A stretch of DNA of 21,607 bases from a virus, in IMG/VR virus record IMGVR_UViG_3300029622_000040, positions 1-21,607 of that record. One strand, 5' to 3'. Positions 17,356 through 21,607 of this stretch are shown one piece after another. Made by a program: the position numbers and the translations under genes. Numbering within the stretch: the first letter of the stretch is position 1; every line of letters begins with the position of its first letter. A model generated the notes under the pieces. It had not been told where the DNA came from. It was given only the letters and a program-made list of their open reading frames with translations, and did no database searches.

Positions 17356-17395
17356 TATAGCACATAAATATACAATGTCAATACAATAAATATAA
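17356..17395 (-). promoter_or_regulatory. Candidate leftward promoter (TTGACA-N16-TATATG on the minus strand) for the Gp157-like/RHH operon
   Basis: The reverse complement contains TTGACATTGTATATTTATGTGCTATATG. It sits in the divergent intergenic region 17321-17466. Confidence 0.3.
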
Positions 17396-17404
17396 ATTTA
17401 GGTG

Positions 17405-17433
17405 TTGACTTTAATGAAAAAATGATTATTAAT
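17405..17433 (+). promoter_or_regulatory. Rightward early promoter (TTGACT-16/17-TATTAA) plus the conserved leader GTTAACAACAACAGGAGTA at 17440-17458
   Basis: A -35 TTGACT at 17405-17410. The leader is 19/19 identical to the one at 20174-20192. Confidence 0.4.
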
Positions 17434-17466
17434 AATCTTGTTAACAACAACAGGAGTAAAAAAATA

Positions 17467-18405
17467 ATGGAAAATGGAATTTATTTTAATCTGCCCGAAG
17501 ACGTCTATTTTGCCGAGCAGCGTTTAGATTTTACGGGAATTTCGGCATTGCTGAAAAGCCCGACGGAATATTGGTTCAGCAGCCGGCTCAATCCGCTTTT
17601 TGAAGAAAAGAAAACGCCAGCTTTTTTTGAGGGAAAAATCTACCACACTTTAATTTTAGAGCCGGATGAGTTCGCAAATAGGTATGTTGTCGAGCCTGAT
17701 AGCGTTGCTAAAATGAGCCGGAAAAGCTCGGCATATTGGGCATGGGCGCAAGGTCAAAAAAAACAAATCATCAAAGCCGACTTAGCAGAAAAAATAACAA
17801 ATTCGCTTTTGTATCTGGGGAAACCGGGACAGGTTCTTGACAGTGAAATTTTTAAGCAGGGACAGTCAGAGGTAAGCATATTATTCGAGTATCGCGGCGT
17901 CGCCTGCAAAGCCAGAATTGACTATTTGAAATCTATCCAGATGTGGGATTTAAAAACAGTCTGTGCGCAGGGTCAAAATTTTTCCGACTGGTGCAAAAAG
18001 TACTTTTTTAAATACAAAACTTTCATTCAACTCTGTTTTTATCGGGAAGCCGCGAGAGCTGCCAAGGGTTTTACAGAAAAACAGGTTTTTGGCACCCCGC
18101 CGCAGCTGGAGTTTTGGAAAGACTGGCGGGAAATCGAAGATATTTTGCCCGGTGTGGTTTTCATCAATAAAAATTGTCCGCAGGCCGAAGTAAAGTTATT
18201 CGATGATGAACATTGTCCCGATATGTACCGCCTAGCGCGCGGCCAAATCGAAAAAGGGATTGAGATATTTAAGAATTATTTAAATGAATATGGCTACAAT
18301 AAAGCTTGGTTGGAAAAAGTGGACGTCCGAAATCTGTTTTTTAAAGATGAAGATTTTCCACAGTCTTTTGCTGAATTGTTAACTATTTTAGGGGAAAATG
18401 AATGA
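17467..18405 (+). CDS. PD-(D/E)XK nuclease, RecE/exonuclease VIII-like (DUF3799-type)
   Basis: GKIYHTLILEPDEF fits the G...H....E motif. ARIDYLKSIQMWDLKT provides the D...(D/E)-x-K residues. ATG at 17467 with a CAGGAGT ribosome binding site. The track's longer N-terminus from 17422 is rejected. Confidence 0.6.
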   Translation: MENGIYFNLPEDVYFAEQRLDFTGISALLKSPTEYWFSSRLNPLFEEKKTPAFFEGKIYHTLILEPDEFANRYVVEPDSVAKMSRKSSAYWAWAQGQKKQIIKADLAEKITNSLLYLGKPGQVLDSEIFKQGQSEVSILFEYRGVACKARIDYLKSIQMWDLKTVCAQGQNFSDWCKKYFFKYKTFIQLCFYREAARAAKGFTEKQVFGTPPQLEFWKDWREIEDILPGVVFINKNCPQAEVKLFDDEHCPDMYRLARGQIEKGIEIFKNYLNEYGYNKAWLEKVDVRNLFFKDEDFPQSFAELLTILGENE

Positions 18406-18770
18406 AATCACATTTGAAGTTTATCGACAGTCTCATTTGCTTACGCTGTGGCTGCCAAAATCCAACACATCATCATCTTTTGCGCGTCCGCCCGGAATAT
18501 CTACCAAAAAAAGTGGGCGAGGAAGATTTTTTAATTCCCAAAATCAAGAGCAAAGGAATGGGAACCAAAAGCGATGACCGTTTTACCCTACCGCTTTGCT
18601 CAAAATGCCATCAGATGTTGCACATTTGCGGAAATGAACGGTATTTCTTGCGGTGTATTGGCGTTTCAGAACCTGAAGAAGTAGCCTTGTACCTTTGGAA
18701 AAACACGGGAAATCTTGAAAAATGCTTAAAAGAATTGACGGAAATAAGGATTTTGGGCGGTGGATTTTAG
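18402..18770 (+). CDS. HNH / endonuclease VII-like zinc-binding nuclease candidate
   Basis: CLRCGC...THHH then DDRFTLPLCSKCHQMLH gives the pattern Cx2C...HH...Cx2CHx3H. It overlaps the exonuclease gene stop. Confidence 0.4.
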   Translation: MKSHLKFIDSLICLRCGCQNPTHHHLLRVRPEYLPKKVGEEDFLIPKIKSKGMGTKSDDRFTLPLCSKCHQMLHICGNERYFLRCIGVSEPEEVALYLWKNTGNLEKCLKELTEIRILGGGF

Positions 18771-19158
18771 GGTTGCACGATTTGAGAGAAAAGGAGGCCG
18801 TCAAGTTTTTGTTGGCTTCCCGTCTGGCGGGTATTTTTTAGGCCAAAATGGGATACTTTACCGGGGAGACATTATTAGTAATACTACCGACAGAAGAAAA
18901 AAAGACTTTCATATAGTAGATTTTTTTTCTGGACGGTGTGACGAGGATAAACAAAAGATATATGCGCACGATGTAGTTTATTCATCTACGTTAAAAACCT
19001 CGGGAATTGTTTTATTTCGGCCGGAAAAAGGAGCTTTTATTTTTTGTGTCCAGCGCGGAAAAATTACAATACCGTATAGATTTTTAGACATGTATGAAGT
19101 TTCTTTGAAAAAAAAATACTCAATTTTTGAAAAAAATGTATTGACAAGTAATCCATAA
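18760..19158 (+). CDS. Hypothetical protein, possibly YopX-like
   Basis: GTG start with an AAGGA ribosome binding site. KQKIYAHDVVY resembles the GkeIYEGDIv core of YopX. Its 3' end runs into the promoter repeat. Confidence 0.3.
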   Translation: MDFRVARFERKGGRQVFVGFPSGGYFLGQNGILYRGDIISNTTDRRKKDFHIVDFFSGRCDEDKQKIYAHDVVYSSTLKTSGIVLFRPEKGAFIFCVQRGKITIPYRFLDMYEVSLKKKYSIFEKNVLTSNP

Positions 19159-19169
19159 TAGATTACTAT
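19141..19169 (+). promoter_or_regulatory. Early promoter with an embedded palindromic operator, copy 1. The repeat unit spans about 19113-19200
   Basis: TTGACA at 19141-19146. AGTAATC at 19147-19153, then N7, then GATTACT at 19161-19167, a perfect inverted repeat filling the spacer. Candidate -10 TACTAT(AAC). A T/A tract lies upstream. Confidence 0.5.
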
Positions 19170-19204
19170 AACATCATAAGTTAACAAACAACAGGAGTGA
19201 GAAA

Positions 19205-19456
19205 ATGACGGATGAGATTAAAAATGGGATTGCGTTAGAAATTTACGACAGGCAACTTGAAATTCTTAAAGTTAGCAGTCATAAATATTATAACCGAGAA
19301 AGTCTCGATTATGATGTCGAAGATTATCTTTTCCAAGACCAGGAAGACGCCTTGAACGAAGCCAAGCAGGACTTCATTGAGGAAATCCGCTTAGTTTTTG
19401 GGAATGATAAAAACCCGGCATTGCTTGAGCTTGAAAGGATTGCAAACAATGTGTGA
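19205..19456 (+). CDS. Small acidic protein (83 aa, D/E-rich)
   Basis: Perfect leader plus GGAGTGA ribosome binding site. High net negative charge. Confidence 0.45.
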   Translation: MTDEIKNGIALEIYDRQLEILKVSSHKYYNRESLDYDVEDYLFQDQEDALNEAKQDFIEEIRLVFGNDKNPALLELERIANNV

Positions 19457-19610
19457 GAAAAAAAGAACACGTCAGGAAATTACGCGAGAGGCTCAGCGAA
19501 AATATCGCGAGCGTCTGAAAAAAAAAGGAAAACGCGGCCGCCTCATTTATTTGACAAATGAGGAGTACGAGGAAGTCAAAAGATTTATCAAGGATTTGAG
19601 AAATGATTGA
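19449..19610 (+). CDS. Small basic protein, possibly DNA-binding (TREAQRKYRERLKKKGKRGR)
   Basis: Its ATG at 19449 overlaps the upstream stop. Basic region followed by a helical tail. The TTG 19398 start given in the track is less parsimonious. Confidence 0.35.
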   Translation: MCEKKRTRQEITREAQRKYRERLKKKGKRGRLIYLTNEEYEEVKRFIKDLRND

Positions 19611-19701
19611 GAATTTTTTTTATTGGTTTTGCGGATTTTTCGCAACATTCGCACCCCTTTATTTTTTAATTCAATATCTTAGATGAAAAGGAAAAAAAAC
19701 A

Positions 19702-20124
19702 ATGATTGAGAACAAAGAACAATTTAAAGAGTTTCGCGTAAACAACGGTTATACTCAAAAGGAGTTTGCCGCAGCGCTGGGCTTTAGCGAGGATTATATT
19801 TCAGCAATTGAGCGCGGCACTCGGCCATTAACCGAATGTATTTGCGCAAAAGTAGAAAATCTAAGACGGCCGACGGCAACTCTGAAAGTTGTCATCGATG
19901 AGGCTGATGAAAAAAACAAAAGGGTTGCGGCCGAAGAATTGAAAACTTATGGCGATGAATATATTGATTGCATGGAAAAAATCGAAGAAGCACGACTGAC
20001 GATGAAAGATATTATCGACAGCGCCAAGGAAAAAGGAATCTCAAAAGACATGATAATCGCCTATTGCACCACAAAAACTTTGACCGAGTTCAATAAAAAA
20101 ATTATAAAAAGTGCAATTTTTTGA
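19702..20124 (+). CDS. XRE-family helix-turn-helix transcriptional regulator
   Basis: HTH YTQKEFAAALGFSEDYISAIERGTRPLT. AAAAGGA ribosome binding site. It is flanked by the two promoter-operator repeats. Confidence 0.7.
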   Translation: MIENKEQFKEFRVNNGYTQKEFAAALGFSEDYISAIERGTRPLTECICAKVENLRRPTATLKVVIDEADEKNKRVAAEELKTYGDEYIDCMEKIEEARLTMKDIIDSAKEKGISKDMIIAYCTTKTLTEFNKKIIKSAIF

Positions 20125-20134
20125 AAAAAATGAG

Positions 20135-20166
20135 TTGACAAGTAATCCATAATAGATTACTATAAT
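20135..20166 (+). promoter_or_regulatory. Early promoter with an embedded palindromic operator, copy 2. The repeat unit spans about 20113-20195
   Basis: TTGACA at 20135-20140. AGTAATC at 20141-20147, N7, GATTACT at 20155-20161. TACTATAAT at 20158-20166. About 93% identical to copy 1 across roughly 85 bp. Confidence 0.5.
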
Positions 20167-20198
20167 ATCATAAGTTAACAACAACAGGAGTAAGTAAG

Positions 20199-20390
20199 AT
20201 GAAAAACATTGACGCAATCGATTTCGAAATCATGGTTGAGAAAGCTTTGAATACAGGTAAAAGCTCATTGAGTTTCCAAATTTATGGATACGATAACGAA
20301 TGGGTTCGCAATATGGTTGACGGCTTGCCGGAATGCCTGCGCGAAGCTATTGATGATGTCGACGGCGCTGAAATTAATTTTAAGGATTAA
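20199..20390 (+). CDS. Small acidic hypothetical protein (63 aa)
   Basis: Conserved leader plus GGAGTAAG ribosome binding site. Confidence 0.4.
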   Translation: MKNIDAIDFEIMVEKALNTGKSSLSFQIYGYDNEWVRNMVDGLPECLREAIDDVDGAEINFKD

Positions 20391-20394
20391 CTAG

Positions 20395-20760
20395 ATGACT
20401 TTCAGGGTTATGGTTGTTAAAAAGGACGGACGCCCAATCGGCGTCCGCGCCGCCCAAATAAACGGCCGGGTTGTTTATTTAGCTTTGCGGGATGAGCCGG
20501 AGCCTATGAATTGGTATGACGCCGTAAAAGTAGGCATTCCGAGCAAGGAAGAATGGATGGAGATTGCTGAAAATTTTGACGCCGTAAACAAAGCCCTCAT
20601 CAAAGCAGGCGGCGAGCCGTTGAAAAAAAACTGGTACTGGTCTTCGTCGGAGTATAGCAGCTACTACGCGTGGCGGTCGTACCTTAACTACAGTTTCGGT
20701 TTGACCAACTACTACGGTAAAGACAAGCATATCTACGTTCGCCCGGTGCTAGCTTTATGA
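20395..20760 (+). CDS. DUF1566 (Lcl C-terminal-like) domain protein
   Basis: NWYDAVK...IPSKEEWMEIAEN and KNWYWSSSEYSSYYAWRSYLNYSFG...KHIYVRPV fit the tW..A / LPt.eEL / YWSSt..AW...F..G....VRxVR pattern. Confidence 0.5.
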   Translation: MTFRVMVVKKDGRPIGVRAAQINGRVVYLALRDEPEPMNWYDAVKVGIPSKEEWMEIAENFDAVNKALIKAGGEPLKKNWYWSSSEYSSYYAWRSYLNYSFGLTNYYGKDKHIYVRPVLAL

Positions 20761-20796
20761 TTTTTTAACTCTTTAACTATTTTAGGATGAAAAAAA

Positions 20797-21216
20797 ATGA
20801 AAATTAAGGATATGAGCTTAACGGATGACTGGAAAGCTGGAAAATTAAAAGCAGGGACGTATTATGTCAAGCTATCAAACGGGCGTGTAGATGTCGCCAA
20901 GCTAAGTAAATTTAATAGGTTTTATGCGATATGTTACACGTTTGAAGTTGTCGAAGTTATAGCGCCGTGCAGTTACGACCATTTTGTTGAACTTACCGAA
21001 AAGGTCAAAGGACTTGAAAACAAACAGCTCCGCCAGTTGCTGAAAGAGTGCAAAGAATATTTATCAGACGTTGATACATATTTCACTAAAATAGAAGAAC
21101 AGCAATTCGAAATTAAACAACTAAAACAAAGAATCGAATTTGCGAAACAAGCCGTTGATTTGTTTTTCAAAACAGAAGATGAGAGTAAACTTTTGGAGAT
21201 TGCAGAATGGGAATGA
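20797..21216 (+). CDS. Hypothetical protein with a C-terminal coiled coil (KIEEQQFEIKQLKQRIEFAKQA)
   Basis: Ribosome binding site TAGGATGA. It shares a motif with the next gene. Confidence 0.4.
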   Translation: MKIKDMSLTDDWKAGKLKAGTYYVKLSNGRVDVAKLSKFNRFYAICYTFEVVEVIAPCSYDHFVELTEKVKGLENKQLRQLLKECKEYLSDVDTYFTKIEEQQFEIKQLKQRIEFAKQAVDLFFKTEDESKLLEIAEWE

Positions 21217-21524
21217 AAAGTTTGATGTGTGAAATCTTATGTGATGAACAGAAAGAAATTATAAAAAGTCTTGAAATCCTGATAAAAAGTAAGAATAAAA
21301 CTATTTTAGAAAAAAGTAAAAGAGCTAATGAAATGTTTAAGCTTTCTTATAACAGAAAATTAAAGATAGAAGAACAGCAAGCAGAGATTGATCGGCTTAG
21401 AGAAGCTATTCGGTTAGCCCGAGATACAGCATATCAATCGACGCAAGATTGCCCTCGGTGTGGTTTTATTGATGATTTGTTAACCAAGACCTTAAACGAA
21501 GAAAGTGAGGAAAGAGCAAAGTAA
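21207..21524 (+). CDS. Hypothetical coiled-coil protein with a C-terminal CPRCG motif. Its last 16 nt lie in the terminal redundancy
   Basis: KIEEQQAEIDRLREAIRLARD is paralogous to the motif in the upstream gene. The stop codon is at 21522-21524. Confidence 0.4.
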   Translation: MGMKSLMCEILCDEQKEIIKSLEILIKSKNKTILEKSKRANEMFKLSYNRKLKIEEQQAEIDRLREAIRLARDTAYQSTQDCPRCGFIDDLLTKTLNEESEERAK

Positions 21525-21607
21525 ACATTGATGATTTGTTTGTGGTTGAATGAAAAAAAGCTTTTTTATTGACACCATGCGTAAAAAAAACAATAATAAG
21601 AAATATT
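21509..21607. repeat. Second copy of the 99-bp terminal redundancy
   Basis: Identical to 1-99. Confidence 0.95.

Noticed and set aside
17422-17466. N-terminal extension of the exonuclease ORF (MIINNLVNNNRSKKI...)
   Set aside because: The conserved leader with its GGAG ribosome binding site lies inside this extension and points to ATG 17467 (MENGIYF). The extension would also start inside the promoter's -10 region.
19611-19701. Possible terminator or ncRNA in the 91-nt gap before the XRE gene (hairpin TTGCG-N7-CGCAA)
   Set aside because: The stem is only 5 bp with no proper T-tract after it, and no promoter-like hexamers are present. It is more likely a simple intergenic spacer, with the XRE gene co-transcribed from the upstream promoter.
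1-21607. Search for tRNA genes, CRISPR repeats, integrase or attachment sites, and toxin-antitoxin pairs
   Set aside because: No cloverleaf-compatible stretches were seen in the few intergenic regions longer than 80 bp. No regularly spaced direct repeats were seen. No tyrosine or serine recombinase motifs were found in any ORF. The only direct repeats are the promoter cassettes and the terminal overlap.

Overview
This window looks like a complete small tailed-phage genome (Caudoviricetes) whose ends overlap. Bases 1-99 are identical to 21509-21607, so the unique sequence is 21,508 bp. The overlap boundary falls 13 nt before the stop codon of the last gene. That placement suggests a circular or concatemer assembly overlap (99 is a common de Bruijn k-mer size) rather than a biological terminal repeat.

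About 50 genes are called, almost all on the + strand and tightly packed with ATGA overlaps. In order they are:
- a structural promoter;
- a small terminase with an HTH, and a large terminase with Walker A, Walker B and nuclease motifs;
- a small putative portal, a divergent Mu-F/SPP1 gp7-like head morphogenesis protein, a scaffold and a major capsid candidate;
- head-tail joining proteins, a sheath or major tail protein, a tube, a pair of chaperones, and a short coiled-coil protein called as a tape measure at low confidence;
- a P2-like baseplate set (gp25/GpW-like, Baseplate_J-like, gpI-like), a tail fibre and its assembly protein;
- a block of unrelated extra genes (a 'moron' block) with its own promoter, containing three membrane proteins;
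- a lysis cassette: SleB/Hydrolase_2-type endolysin, an unlisted 42-aa transmembrane ORF, and an overlapped i-spanin/o-spanin pair, closed by a strong bidirectional terminator;
- a divergent minus-strand pair: an RHH (Arc/CopG-like) regulator and a Sipho_Gp157-like coiled-coil protein;
- an early region: PD-(D/E)XK exonuclease (RecE/DUF3799-like), an HNH/endonuclease VII-like zinc protein, a YopX-like protein, an XRE-type HTH regulator, small acidic proteins and a DUF1566 protein.

No integrase, DNA polymerase, primase, helicase, single-strand annealing protein, tRNA or CRISPR array was recognised.

The most distinctive non-coding feature is an ~85-bp promoter-operator-leader cassette present twice. 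It carries a perfect AGTAATC-N7-GATTACT palindrome inside the promoter spacer, and a third copy of its leader precedes the exonuclease gene.

The host is probably a Gram-negative bacterium that uses Shine-Dalgarno sites (spanins, AGGAG-type ribosome binding sites, roughly 43% GC). Every protein-family call rests on motifs recognised by eye, not on database searches.
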